Source: Ramazzottius varieornatus (taxonomy: Eukaryota; Animalia; Tardigrada). Taken from it: a DNA stretch of 64,000 bases. Under the pieces are notes generated by a model that was given only the letters and a program-made list of their open reading frames with translations, made no database searches and was not told the DNA's origin. Shown one piece after another: positions 23,280 to 36,083 of this stretch; position 1 is the stretch's first letter; every line of letters starts with the position of its first letter. The position numbers were made by a program, and so were the translations under genes. The DNA is taken from NCBI GenBank assembly GCA_001949185.1, contig BDGG01000006.1, positions 1,098,827 to 1,162,826 on the forward strand, read 5' to 3'.

Positions 23280-26200
23280 CGATTGTAATGTCTTGTTTAA
23301 CAATCAGCTTGTAAGCCGATTCATTTTGGAATGAAGAGTCGAGGTAAACTGGGAGGGGAGTATCCTTGGAAACCGTCTTCTGTCTTGCCGCAAAGAGGTT
23401 TCTTCAGGACAGCGCTGACCATTGTCCACTTGAGCTGATTGAAGGAAGTTACGGAGGACAGACGAGCGAAATGAAACACCTTGTAACAAGCACCGTCTGT
23501 CGTCGTCTACTTGATACACAACTCGAGGCTCGCAAGTGAAAGGTAGCTCTTTTGTCCGCAGCCGTAATTATCATTGCGTTGAAATGGGTAATTCCGGACC
23601 AGTGAAGCAATCCATTACATTGCGTAAGGAGCGAAAGGAGAAGATGGTCCTTGTCTGGTTCAAGAGGCAGAGCAAACAAAAGAGCGGCGCGCTTCCCTGT
23701 TGGTGGCATTACACTGCAGAGGGGAATCGCCAGTTGCGTCATGTTTTGACCAGGCGGGAGATAACACGCTCAGATTAGCCAGCAATAATGCCGCAGACGG
23801 ACAATGGTCGGCCACCACAGGACAAGAGTCAATGCGCTAAGAAGATACCCCGAAACAATGGCGGAAAATACAATATTCGGTCTCTTCTGCGCAACAAATG
23901 TATTGCAGTTTTAGGTTAAGAGAACCAACTTGAGCGTGATCATGGTCCAACAAAACCTTCAATTTCAGAAGGAACATGCTTTGGGCCCTGGCACGCTTTG
24001 AATTCTCGATTGCGGTACTGCCGATAGATAACAAGGACAATGGTTTAAAGTTTATTCTTTTAGTACTGGATGAAGTCGCTGTTGATTTTGCTTGATGAAT
24101 GCCAAGTTATCCTGTCGGTCGCTCCGTCTCCGGCTAGTCATATTCGTGTTCAGTGCAACTGACGGCCGAGCAAAGCTCGAGTGCGATAGCAGTGACTGAA
24201 AAGTGCATACAGTACACGCTATGGATATTTTAAGGCGATATGCACGTGTGTTGAGTGCTGAGCAGGTGGGCAATAGAGGAACAAGGCCCAGTTTGCATTG
24301 TTAATCATATGCACACTTTCCATTCTCTGTCATTAATCTGTGATGAAATGATTTTCACTCGCCTGAGCAATCGTCAAAAAGCTTCAAGACACGGTGCGAC
24401 AATCATAAGAGGACGAGTTCAGTGTAGCGCCGGCCGTCGTCCATTGCCTATCTCCATTTATTCCAGGAGAGGTTATTGAGGTTAATGAGGGCGGCTCAGC
24501 ACTAATTGCTACCCTGATCAGTGCATAAAATTAAACTGCACTTCATTTTCTGTGTCTCCGCTGATTGAGACACTGTAATCACTCGAATGGAAGAAATACC
24601 ACACAGTTCAACTCCGCTTCGGCTTTTTCACTATTGTTTGTACTCATCAATCTTCAAGCCTAGTCTTTATGTCCACCATTTTTCCTGGTGATTGACGATG
24701 ACCTCTTCTCCTACGAACAAAAGTCGAAAGGTGCATGTGTTATTTTTTTAGTCCACCATACCATAAATCTGCAGCCATGTAGCCGACAAGGACGAAAACA
24801 AAACTATCGTGCAGTGTAAGCACACACCGCATATTACAGCAGACGTTCGAGAAGGAAGTGCTCTTCCTGTGAAACTGACAAGTTGACAGGTACTAAACGC
24901 AACATTTTGTCCAATGTAGTGATTAGCATGTCCTTTGGTTCAAGCCTGTAATTTTGACGTAAGACGCGAGCGTATCATTTGCTCTGTAATTTAGCCATCT
25001 CCTCATATAACGCTACAGCGCATCATCCTTGTTTTCCCTCTTTGCGTCATGACATCTCAAGAAGGGTAATTAACATGTCTCACTCTGCCTCCCAGCTGCA
25101 GGTAAAGACGCATGCGGCTGTCAACGATCTACTTAAGCATGACACATCAAGAAATAAATCTAGCTTAAATATTCAGCTAACCTAGCCATACGAATACTAA
25201 TGTGTAGTACGAAGTCTATTTTTTGTGCCAGTAATGAGGAGGCGATCGCAGCAAGTCCGACCAAGGCTCTGTGGCCGGTCCTTGCCCGACAGAGGAAGTT
25301 TTATTGCCCGTCTGCCAATGATTGCCTCATTCAGTAGAGTGAGCCCATTCGATGCGATCACTATCACGGGTCGTGAAAAAAAATTTTCTATCTGAACAGA
25401 CGTGCGCTACCGAAATACCGAAAGTCAATTAACGACAATTAAAGACCAATGAGGGTTAATGGGGTATCTGATAAGAAGCTTCGTCGACCTGCTGAATGCA
25501 GTCGGTGTTACTTGCGTCTTCGGTCTCGCTTTTGATTACTGGTGAATGGACATGGTCCGTCACGATTGACGGGTGTTAGATTACCTGATAAGCCCGCGCC
25601 ACATTCCGCGGGAATATCTGGGGAAGAAGAACGGGGGAAATCTGAAGAGGAATCAGAGCTAAATGTGAAAGATGAATGGAGCATTTGCTGGCTGGTTCAG
25701 CAGGTGATTTTCGACTCGTTCTTTCATCTCTCAGCCAGATTTGGCAAGCGCCAATTTTACTACGTCCAGATTAGAGTTGACTAAAGGGTATGAAAAAGGG
25801 AGTCCAGAGGGATAGTATACAGTGAGGCACAGGTGGCGGAGTGGAAATGTGACAGGTTGTGCACTAGCAAACGATATCGATGGAACAGAATGGAAAGTTA
25901 TAAAAGCCTTGCCTCTGATAAAAATTCATATTGAGATGTGGCGAAGCCTGCAGTGTATCAAGATGGCCCTGACCACATGGCGAGCGGGCCTATTGTTCCT
26001 CAGTTTGTGTTCAGGAATATGGCACGGGCTACGCGCCAGATCACTGGGTTAAAAAGACTCCCTTTTCTGTCCCTCCTCTTGTTCCGCCTTTACTTCAAAA
26101 TTCACGCCTCGGGTTTAAGTTTCTACATGCGACAGACGGATCAGTTGATCGAACTGCGAGTTTTTGGAATTCACAGCAGATTATATATTTCTCGAAGTGT

Positions 26201-29200
26201 AATGTCCGTTTACTGCGCATGAGAAATTTGATTTGCAGCCGAAAATCATATTCAGAGATCCCGAAAAAGTCAGATTGTAAAGCACTGCGCAAATGTGTTT
26301 GATGAACGGGTATGCCTATAACAAGATCAAACACTTCAGTCCGTTTTCTCACATGGAAAAAGGCATGTACGGCTGATAAAAAGGCACATTGTTCGCGTCG
26401 TAAGGAAGAATACTCTGTTGGGAAAAAGGCTGGCTCATATCCATGGGGAATGTGCTGAGCTGGTCCGGAAAGGGAAATATTCCATCCAGATTCATGAAGC
26501 TCTCGTCCGAGTTGGACTCGAAGCCCGACACTGAGGACGCTGTTGTGTTGTCCGGACTAGCTATCCAGCTGGAATAATCCACAAGGTGGCTCTCGTTCTT
26601 GACTTCGGCGTCCGTAAAGTGTCCACTGGCCAGGTTGTGGTGGGTGGGCAGTGGGTTGGGCAGTCCGGCCGCTTCGTACTCTTGCATCTTACCGTTCATC
26701 TTCAGGGTCTCCGTCAACACCCAAATGTAGTTGTAGGCGAAGCGTAGCGTCTCGATCTTGGTCAGCTTGGTGGACTCTTCCGGGAAGGACGACGCGGGCA
26801 GGACAACCCGTAACTTTTCCAGAGCGTGGTTCAGGCTGTGCATTCGGTTCCGCTCGCGATCGTTGGCTTTGACGCGACGAGTCTTCTTCAGACGCTGGAT
26901 AACCGTAGGACTGCGACATCGAACGCGTGGACGACTGTAACGCTTGGTCTTCTTCGCCGCCGGAGTTTCAGAGGATGGTTCCATGGCTGACATGGGCGTG
27001 GAACCTGTCAGAGTATGTGGAAGACCCGTTTCTGCCGCTGATAAATCACTCGAATATTCAGCCATGCTGGAAAGACGGTAGTCCACACAGCGATAGGCAA
27101 ATAGATATACAAAAATCTCAAGATACAGTAGTCAAGTGACGCAAAGACTGGGAGGATGCGGTGCGGACGACGGGGATAATACAGTAAGGTGAAGTCAGCT
27201 AGCGCCTTCCAGATTTGTTCGTCAGGTTGAAGTGGTCGCGTGGCGTTTACATGACAGGCATCGCGCGCGCTTGGCTTTTATAGCCACTTTAGCAAGCGTG
27301 GAAGGTATTATGGATTTCCGTAAGTACAAGTACGGAAAAGGAAAGGCGGAAAGCAGCCTGTAAAGGGGAAGAGGCGAGCGGGTTGAAAGGTGGAGCTTTT
27401 GCCGCTTGTGGTGCTTTCACTCAGTGAGCAGAAATGGACATGAAATAAGGGGACGCCCACCTCGTTGTCTGCCCAGCCTTGACGCCCGTTCGGAAAGGGA
27501 GTTAGCGGGACTCTCCACAGGCTGTCTCCAGCGAGCAAGCCAAGCGCACGGATCCTATTAATAATTCCGCAAAAATGTGCACGCCAAAGTAAAGCTGGTC
27601 AAGGCTACGCCAGGAGAACAACACACAATGAGCGAGGCATGCAGTGTGCTTCCCGGTGCTCTTTCAAGTGCCACACTACCCGACCCGAGTGTGTAGGTTT
27701 ATGTCTGCCATCACTCGTAATCGCCTTTGGTCATTCATAAAGCCAAAGAGTGTAAAGCCGATTGAGCTATACATATTAAATATTAAAGGGATAATCTGTA
27801 GTACTTTTCAAAACTTACGGGTTTATTGCAATTCCTTAGGAAAGTACCAGCAGCTGAGTCTGCGAGAGCTGCGGTCAAAAAATAATGCAGTTAATAATGA
27901 AAAAGGATTGTTTGAGTTGTTTATCGAAGCTCTGTTATCGGTCATTGGAGTGGCCTGAAGGTTGGCAGCCGGTATGTCGGATGGCGGCTTGTCAGGCCGG
28001 TAATTATGTCTTTGTTAATCAGAGGGGGATTTTTGCCTGTCGAATATTTGCCTATCTCTCAATCGGTTTGGCTTTACGAGGTTGTTGGGGTATATGTCCA
28101 GTCACTTCAATAGTGTCAAATCCAAACACGAATTGCCTTTCTGATTTGTTTCCTCTCCTTATTAGGCCATTGTTTCAGTCGAGAAGCAATACAATCGAAA
28201 CTCAATTGGTTTTCCCGCTATCACAAATAACATTTTCTTTATAAAACAAACAGACCAAATTGGCCGGTAAGGGTTGGACACATCGGGTCAATGTACCTGC
28301 ACAACTGCCGGTAATTTTAGTTTGTACTGCCGACCAGATATCAAAAACGCGATGCACCTAAAGAACAATTCACGAGGTCTGTTCTACAGTAATAAGGGCG
28401 TACTTTTGGACTGCGCTGCTCGTGAAGTTGTCTGCTGGAGGTGGAAAGTATGGAAATTGGTGGTGTCGTCCTGATGAATAAGGGTCCATGTAAATCTAAT
28501 ATTTATGCTTGGACTTGTTACACAATCAGTTGAATATCGTGACGTGTGACGGGATAAGCAAGGGCTGAAAATAGCGCCATTATCCTGTACAAACTTCGCA
28601 TTCATCCCCAACAGAGCCAAAGTGCAGTAAGGATGGCGTGTGGTTGTCGACCGATTTATGTAATTCTTCCGTCACGCACCGCAGTCACTATCAAAACAGC
28701 GGTCGGCATGTCGCGCTCTTCTTCGGACCATACGTCTATTTTGTTCTGCATTACCTGCGGGACACAGACAATAGAGCACCGTTTAACCCCGACATCGGCC
28801 AGTGTATCTTCTTTGTAAAATGAGCAGCTAGTCACGCTTCGACACCACCGAATGTACAGCAAAGACACGCTTAGCGTTGTCAAGCTGGACGGTGGCCGCT
28901 AACTGCCGTCACGCGTTTCTGGCTACGCTTCTGTATGTCCCGTCAATCGAGCCTTGTCTGAAAGGTTAATTACACCTGGATTTAAAATTCCATTGATTAT
29001 TCATGGTCCAGAGATTTTCCTCTAAAAATGCACAGCGAGAATTACTTAATTCAGATGGACGAATTTGTATGAGCGCGGTACAAATGGTATTTTATGAGAC
29101 GTCTGTCTTGGTTTTGGAGTGTGACAAAGCGCAGACCTGACATTGTAATGAAAAGAGCAGAAGGTCTCGAAAAGATAGGCTTAACCTATTATCTGAGGTT

Positions 29201-29355
29201 ATAACCGCGAATGCGACGCTCGAGGCTAATCAAAAGCGATGGCCGTTCTTTGAGTAAATTTCATCGACATTGTCCACAATGAGTTTTATTTTCTGATTAA
29301 CCTGGCTCGTCTCTGCCTGCGCCCATCGAAGCGTGATCCGTCTATTCACTCTCCA
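23280..29355 (-). repeat. Right arm of inverted segmental duplication
   Basis: Reverse complement of 14215-19965, with alternating identical and diverged blocks. Confidence 0.95.
26349..27065 (-). CDS. ngn: Neurogenin/tap-family bHLH, copy 2 (238 aa from ATG 27065)
   Basis: Same bHLH as copy 1. MAEYSS aligns with MAEFSS of copy 1, so ATG 27065 is preferred over the GTG at 27086. N- and C-terminal tails diverged but in frame. Confidence 0.93.
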   Translation of the reverse strand: MAEYSSDLSAAETGLPHTLTGSTPMSAMEPSSETPAAKKTKRYSRPRVRCRSPTVIQRLKKTRRVKANDRERNRMHSLNHALEKLRVVLPASSFPEESTKLTKIETLRFAYNYIWVLTETLKMNGKMQEYEAAGLPNPLPTHHNLASGHFTDAEVKNESHLVDYSSWIASPDNTTASSVSGFESNSDESFMNLDGIFPFPDQLSTFPMDMSQPFSQQSILPYDANNVPFYQPYMPFSM

Positions 29356-29599
29356 TTTTCCATAACGTAGAATTCAGCGATTTCGCGATGTTTGAAAATG
29401 CGGCAAACCTTTCAGACCGACGGGGAAGTGGAAAGCAGCAGATGGAGTGACAGGCGTATGTTGAATCTGACTCGAACTGATGTGCGCGGTTCTGATATTT
29501 TCGCGCAGTATGCTGTAGCTTCAACCAGCACTCAATGTTTTGCTGAACAGGGAGAATGGTGGAAAAGGCCTAGATAGCGTTTTCGAATCAGTGATTTGC

Positions 29600-29765
29600 A
29601 CAATATTTCGGCCCATTAAGCAGTGCTTTGACAGTTCAGAACTTTTGCCCTCAAGTGGATGGACACAGGCCGAAAGACATCATGAAACCATTAGCCGTCT
29701 GTGCAAATACAAAATGGGCAATGCATGGCTGCAATATCAAAATGGTTCTTCACATTCATCAACCC
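29600..29765 (+). repeat. Non-coding block Y', direct copy of 20280-20440
   Basis: See block Y. Confidence 0.85.
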
Positions 29766-30287
29766 ATACCGACTTCGGGCACAGAAGTATCGCCTTCCAT
29801 TCGACAACCGAAATTCAAAACCTCTGGTTATCGGTGGCCACAGTAGCCGACAAGGAAAAACTGTACGTGTTTGTATGATAGTTTAATGGTATTAGGTGCA
29901 AAGCAAAAGCAGCTCATCTTGTTCGTGAGAAAATAACAGAAGCAAAAAAAACCACTTCGGAATGCAGAGACGTTCTACCACTGCCTACACGTTCTACGAT
30001 ACGCTAGGTATGTAGGCCTAAAGGTCCCGGAGGTGCATGCTCGACAGATCTTACAAACATATGTTGGCTCGTAAATGGACGATCTTGCTACGTTATTTGG
30101 TTGTCTTTGCCTTCACACAAGAGCTGACAACATAAGCCACGTTCTGCGCGCTGGGACATGCTATCTTTTCCGCCTCGCAGTACTCTTTTGTGCTAGCTAC
30201 AGGAGAAGAAAAAACATTCATAAAGATTTGTACAATCGATTTTACAGACCAAGTACCTTGCAATGATGAAGAACAATAAGTTCAAAT

Positions 30288-32174
30288 TCAAGTGTCATTA
30301 CCCATAATTTTGTCGAAAATAGGGCTGGCTTCTCCCTGGATGATTTTATGGAACGTGAAGCCGGCTTTGGACATGATCTCTGGCCATTCTTTACGGTCCA
30401 TTACTTTCTGGATTTCGCTCTGGACAAACACTTCCCATTTCCGACGCGCATCGCTGCCAGATTTCGCCTCCAGCCCCTGCTTCTGGACGCCCTTTTGAAC
30501 AACGGCAGCTGCTCCAGCCGACGCATCTTTACCCACCAACGGAGGCAACCTACCTACTTTGTAAGCCAGCTAAAAAAGACACCGAATTCTACTGTTCCGA
30601 TCTACTGTAAGTCACAAATATTTATTTCCAACTGAAATAAAAATAATATTGTGTTCTGAATGAAATAGATATCAAAGTTCGGCTTCCTTACCTCGATTCG
30701 TTTCGTGGCTGGTGTTCCGCCACCATCCGTACTATCTACTCCGGTCTCGAGTTTTCTTTTCTTTGCAATTGTTGGAACCACTCCTGTGTATCCAGCGTGA
30801 GCCAAAGCCTCAGCCACAGAAGGTTCGGCGATCTCAACGCGTTCTCGGTCGTCAGAGGGCGCTCGTCGGACAGCCAGTGGCATTTCATCGTCGGACTCGG
30901 TGCTGCTCTCACCGGCCTTACTTTGGTTTTCCCCAACTTGCACCTTCGGCGCGGCAGCACTTGGTTCCTCTTCCATCGAAGCTTCACCGACCCCATAGCT
31001 GTGCTCCAGCAGCACGTTCGCAGCTATAGCCGGAAGTGAGTTGGGGTGAGCGTTCGGGTGGACAGGTTCGTCACTCTCCGCCACTGCATGTTCGACCGTG
31101 CGGAAAATGTTCTTTGGAAAAGTCAGCTTGATTGGTCCAGATCGACTTCGCGAACGGGTAGCAACTGCCAAAACAGGCGAAAACGATGACAAGACCATAG
31201 CCAAGAACGAAAAAGGGAAATGGGAAACTCGACAAGATTGTCTTCCAAGTGGCGGAAGCTTTCAGTAAAATCGGCTGAAAAGGTGCGCCAGTTGGAAAGC
31301 GATCTCGTCGAGTTTGTCTGCACAGCTCCCAAATAACGTGTCCAAGTATCAATATTGATGGAAACCGGGGCACTTGTCAATGTCCCGCTGCGTAGATATA
31401 CCTCGGCTTTTATATATGTATTCGAATCGATACTTACTCGGAGATTTAACTCGGGTTTCCTTCTCCTCCACGTCTGCCACTTGTTTAGCCTTCCTTGGGC
31501 GTCCGACGTTCTGCGCAGCTGGACTGACATTTATCAAAGACGAGCTAGGTTCCGTTTCGTTCGCGGTAGCCGGGGCGAAGGCGTTGCCTTCGATCTTGGG
31601 AGATCGAACTACACTCTTACGTCCCGCTGGTGGGCGACGTCGACGTGGCGGCGCCGCGAAGGGTGTAGTCTTTCTGGGAACTGGACAGTTCTGCATTATG
31701 GAACGTGGTTCTTCTGGCTGAGTCAAAGCATTCATCAGTTCAGATGACTGTTCGGCCAACGGGACTGACGGATTTGGTGGAAGCGAAGACAGTGACATGT
31801 GCATCGATTCGAATGTGTCGAGAGACTCTTCGCCACTGGCGCTGCCGCTCGTGATGGAGTCTTTGTCGTGGTGGATGTAGGCGAGAACCTCTTCGACCTT
31901 ATCTTTGAGGTAGAGCAGACCCTCGTACAGCGCGGTGACCTTCATGTTGAGAGCGAATGTCTCGGCGTGAAGCGTGGCTAGTTCTTTGCTGGACCCGGAA
32001 GATCCGAAGGCCTCTTCGAGTTTAGCGCGGACGTCCAAGGCCATGCTTGTTGGCTTTCGTATTGCTCCCTGAAAAAAGAACAGCAGAGACACTGCAGCTT
32101 GCGGTGGTTATGTACAATCTGAGCTGTGGAGAAAATTGAGCGAACTTACCCCACTTTTAATAGTCCCCGACATT
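30288..32174 (-). CDS. Uncharacterised multi-exon protein: N-terminal coiled-coil-like helix, disordered Ser/Pro-rich middle with AT-hook-like VGRPRK, helical C-terminus
   Basis: Three long minus-strand ORFs (31349-32092, 30602-31204, 30288-30548) bounded by GT-AG sites; probable first exon MSGTIKSG at ~32149-32174. Confidence 0.62.
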
Positions 32175-33107
32175 GTGCTTCCGGTAGACCGTCTGAACTT
32201 GATGCGTTAGCTTTCGCGTCCACTCTTGCCGACAGAGAAATCCGCTGAATCCAGAGATGACCCCAGGTCTTGCAGAACGAATGAATGAAAACCTAAGGAC
32301 GAAAACTAGAAGGTATATACTGAGAACGATAAAACCGAGCTTCACAATCATCCTTCTTGAGCTTGATTGCAAATTATTGTTGATTGAGTTCGATACTGGA
32401 TGACTTAGCGTATCCATTTTTCGATGCGGGCAAATTATTAAACTGACGGTTGGTATCGTACGTTCAGATACGGACCAGTCTCGTCGTTTTTCTACATTTG
32501 TTTCAGCAGACCTATGTCGTTCGAACCCGAACACGAGCTCGCCAGCATTTATGGAGGACAGCAAAGGTTTGTCTCTCAGCGATTGCAAACAGGTGTAACA
32601 ACAATGGGTTCAGTATGATTAGAATAAATAGGGAAGGAAACTAAATAGTTGATAAAAAACACTGGAATGGAACCGTTGCTTCCAAGAACTGAATTAACAT
32701 ACCAAACAACGATTTCGCAAAAGTAAAACGCGTACCGAAAAGGCGAAAACTTAAGCAGGAAAAATTTGATGACACAAGAAATCAACAGCGCTGACCAGGA
32801 AGTAAGCACGTCAGGACACCTGCCAAACCACGGCCCAACCGTTCGCAAAAGCTTCGCGGTGGCGAGGAAGGGAAAGTCCGACTACTTTCAAACGGGCAAA
32901 ACTACGAAAACCACGTCCGAAAAACTTGAATATAAGAGGTCAAGAACTTACTAATCACGAGAAAATACGATTATAATAAATAGTTGAAAATTAAGAAAAT
33001 TGGTGCTGAGAAAAAAAGTTGGGAATGCGTTAACTCGGGCAGGAAATGCACTACTATTAATATTATTCCTCTTGGTTCTCCACACTCTGTCTTCTTCATT
33101 TTAGTCA

Positions 33108-36083
33108 CTAGAAACTTCCGTCAGTTTCCATCTTGATACCGCTACTCGTACTCGGCACAGCCTGGAAGGAAGCGTAGCCGGACGAGTTGAAGGACACCGA
33201 AGCCCACTGGTCCGCCAGTCGTCGTCGGCATTTCTGCAACAACTCCGGAGTCTCCTGAAAACAAAAAAGGCGAATCGTAATAGCTCGTTGAACCAACACG
33301 ACAAGGCTGTTTTTCACGTGGCGCACGCTTTCATCCAGTGACACTTTAAGAGTGCGCCACGTGAGCACAAAGCTCACAAGATCTTGTTACAAGTGGCGCA
33401 CGTTCTAGGTGTTATTGGCTGAAGTGGTGCGCTACTTGGGGGTAAGTCAACAAGATTACTGAGCCGCCAAATATCTCTATGTTCATTTCATGGCAAAAAC
33501 ATTAGCAGAAACAACTTACGGTGACCACGCGGACGGAAGAACATCCGCTGACATCCAGGGCGTGCTTCACCGCGCTTCCGTTCAGTTCTCCATCGATCAG
33601 TTCGCTCGCGTCGCTGAACAGTCGTCCTGGACTATTCAACTGCAAAGAAGAAGGACGGTAATTCGAATTTCTGTAGCGAAGAAGCTTGTGGACTTACGTC
33701 TTCAGGGCTGATGTTGCTTCGGTTCAAGTCCGATCTCGCCAGCGCTTCCCTGATGGGTTGCGGCGTCTTAATGACGACACTTCCCAGCTTGACCGGACTC
33801 CACGCCAGCGTCAACTTACTGGGCGACCACTCGGCACTCTCGTTATGGCCAGAAGTGTCGGTCGAGGAACGCTTGATGGGTGAGAGAAAGTTGGTCTCGT
33901 CAGCCAAGTAGCCCATGAAAGGCGTGCCGCTGTTCATCTGGCGCATGCCGTGGAAGGGCGAGAAGACTGACGCTCCACATTCCGACGCCAACGGGACGTT
34001 GTACGATGGCGTCTTCAACGGTGTGGAAGTCACTGTCATACCATGCTTACCAAAGTACATGGGCGAACCCATCGAAAAGTCCGCGCGAACTGCGCGCTAA
34101 AATCAGAACATCAAAATTAATTCTGAAACACATTCCAGAAAAAAAGACATAAAGTGGTCAGCTTGGTGGATCGAACCATAACCAGTCACTACTACCAAAT
34201 TACCACCTTGCTACCACCATGTTACCAACATGTGGCCGCCACTTAAGAAAGTCACAACTTCACCACCTCACACAAGTACTTACCGACCACAACGGGTCGC
34301 CGCTCATGGCTTGTTGGGAGACTCCGCCATCCTCCACGACCACTTCAGAGGCGTACCCCGGAATGGGACTGCGGAACCCGTTCAGCTCACCGAACATGGT
34401 ACCACACCCACTGCCGTTCAGCAGGATGTCCATGTCCGGCTTCTCGTCGACCTCACTGTGTGCTTGGTGGTGGTACCGTGGGTAGTGCTGCTGTGGCGCG
34501 GTCAAGTGGCTGTAAATGCTGAAGTGACCACCGGTGGGACTGGTGATGATGCTCACATTCTCTTCCCCTTCGTCCTGGAAAGACGAGTCGGGTGTCAGCT
34601 TCATGGTCCAAGCGGTAGCAGCGTAGGTTCGGGAAGGACCGGGGTCGGTGGCGTTGTGGTCTTTGGGCTTCCGGCCGCGCTTGGACGGCTTACCAGCTTC
34701 TCGCTTGGACGACTTCTTGGATGGTCGAGGTGGCTTTGATACCATCGACGCCTGAAAACAATGAAACAAACTGTTGACTCTGACAATACCGCCAAACCGT
34801 CGCAAATGAATGGGCTCATCAAACGTGAACTCAGCAGAAAACCTCGACTAGACTGTCTTCCCAAACGGCGCCCGCGACCATCGCTTTTACAAGTGGCGCA
34901 CGCTTCCAGCTGATGTCACAGGAAACGTGCGCCACTAGGGAAAACAACCTTGTCGAGTCTGTTTGCCGATCTCCCGTTCAATAATATTCGAAAAGTTCGA
35001 GAAACTGAACTTACAGCAGCGGCGACCGAGTTGAAATCTTCCGTGAAGCATTGGCTTCGTTCGTTCTCCTTCTTCGAAACGGAGAAATACGGCAAGCGGT
35101 CGATGCGGTTCTGGCGTTCCGACAAGAAGTTCTCGATCATGGGAATCAGCATATCGCGAAACTGTCCATCTTCGAAGTCGTCATCCTGTAAATACTACGC
35201 ATTTGAAGGGAAAAAAGGGGCAACAAGGCGTGAAAGAGTGTGAAAGTGGTCTTACCTCAGCGTCGGCAATGGTCTGGTAGAAATGAGCGTGAGCTTCTTC
35301 CATAAAGTTAAAGTAGGGCTTGTCGCGGGTCAAGCGTCGTTTCATGTGGCAGTTCCAGTGGTTCTTGACGCGGTTATCCGAGCGACCGTCCAGTAGACGG
35401 GAGATCCTAGCCCACTGGCTGTTCCATACGCGCCAGCACAGGTAGATGACCACTTCCTCGCAGAAGCTCCAGCGACCCTTGTTGATATCCGGACGAAGAT
35501 GATTATGCCATCTGCAACCAGACCAATCAACAATCAATCGAACGGCTATGAACCAAACTTGACATTATCGCTCGACTGAACGCAGCAGTTCAACCGTATG
35601 GAACAGGCGGATCGGAAACGAACAAACCGGAAGTAATCAGTCTAACTGTTCTTACCGTTCTCGGCACTGTTTCCCAACGCGTCCAGGGAGTTCTTTGGCG
35701 ATTTCTGACCAGCGGGTGGAGGCGATGGCCACTTTGTAGTTCTTCTTGTCTTCCAGCGACTGATGAACCAGCTCGATCAGACGTTCGTCTTCCGCGTCCG
35801 TCCAGTTTCCCTTGACGATGACGGATCCATCGGAGCGCGTCTTGCCCGTCAAACCGGAGGAACCTTTCACGCGTTTCAGCTTCGGTTCCGAGTAGGACAA
35901 CTTCAAGACACGCTTCTTGTAGGGACGCTTGCCGGAAACCAAACGGTTATCTTCCCCGTCCATTCCACTGGGAACAGACTGTCGTTGGGCAGGAGTGATG
36001 GGTCGGAGGAAGGTACCTGAAAAGGAAGAAGTCATTTCGTGCAGAGGTCGAACGTAGTTTCGGGGTGCGTCCCAGAAAGCCAT
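33108..36083 (-). CDS. Myb: Myb-family transcription factor with two Myb repeats (R2R3) and an SP/TP-rich C-terminus; multi-exon
   Basis: VKGNWTDAEDERLIELV...RWSEIAKELPGRVGKQCRER|WHNHLRPDINKGRWS..EE......WARISRLLDGRSDNRVKNHWN. Downstream exons with GT-AG boundaries contain KTPQPIREALA (cf. the Myb C-terminal conserved TPTPF..AL). Confidence 0.88.

Noticed and set aside
14215-29355. Two alleles (haplotigs) mis-joined as a palindrome
   Set aside because: Intervals between islands are far too diverged and indel-rich for ordinary alleles, and the direct X/Y flanks imply a real rearrangement. Not fully excluded without reads.
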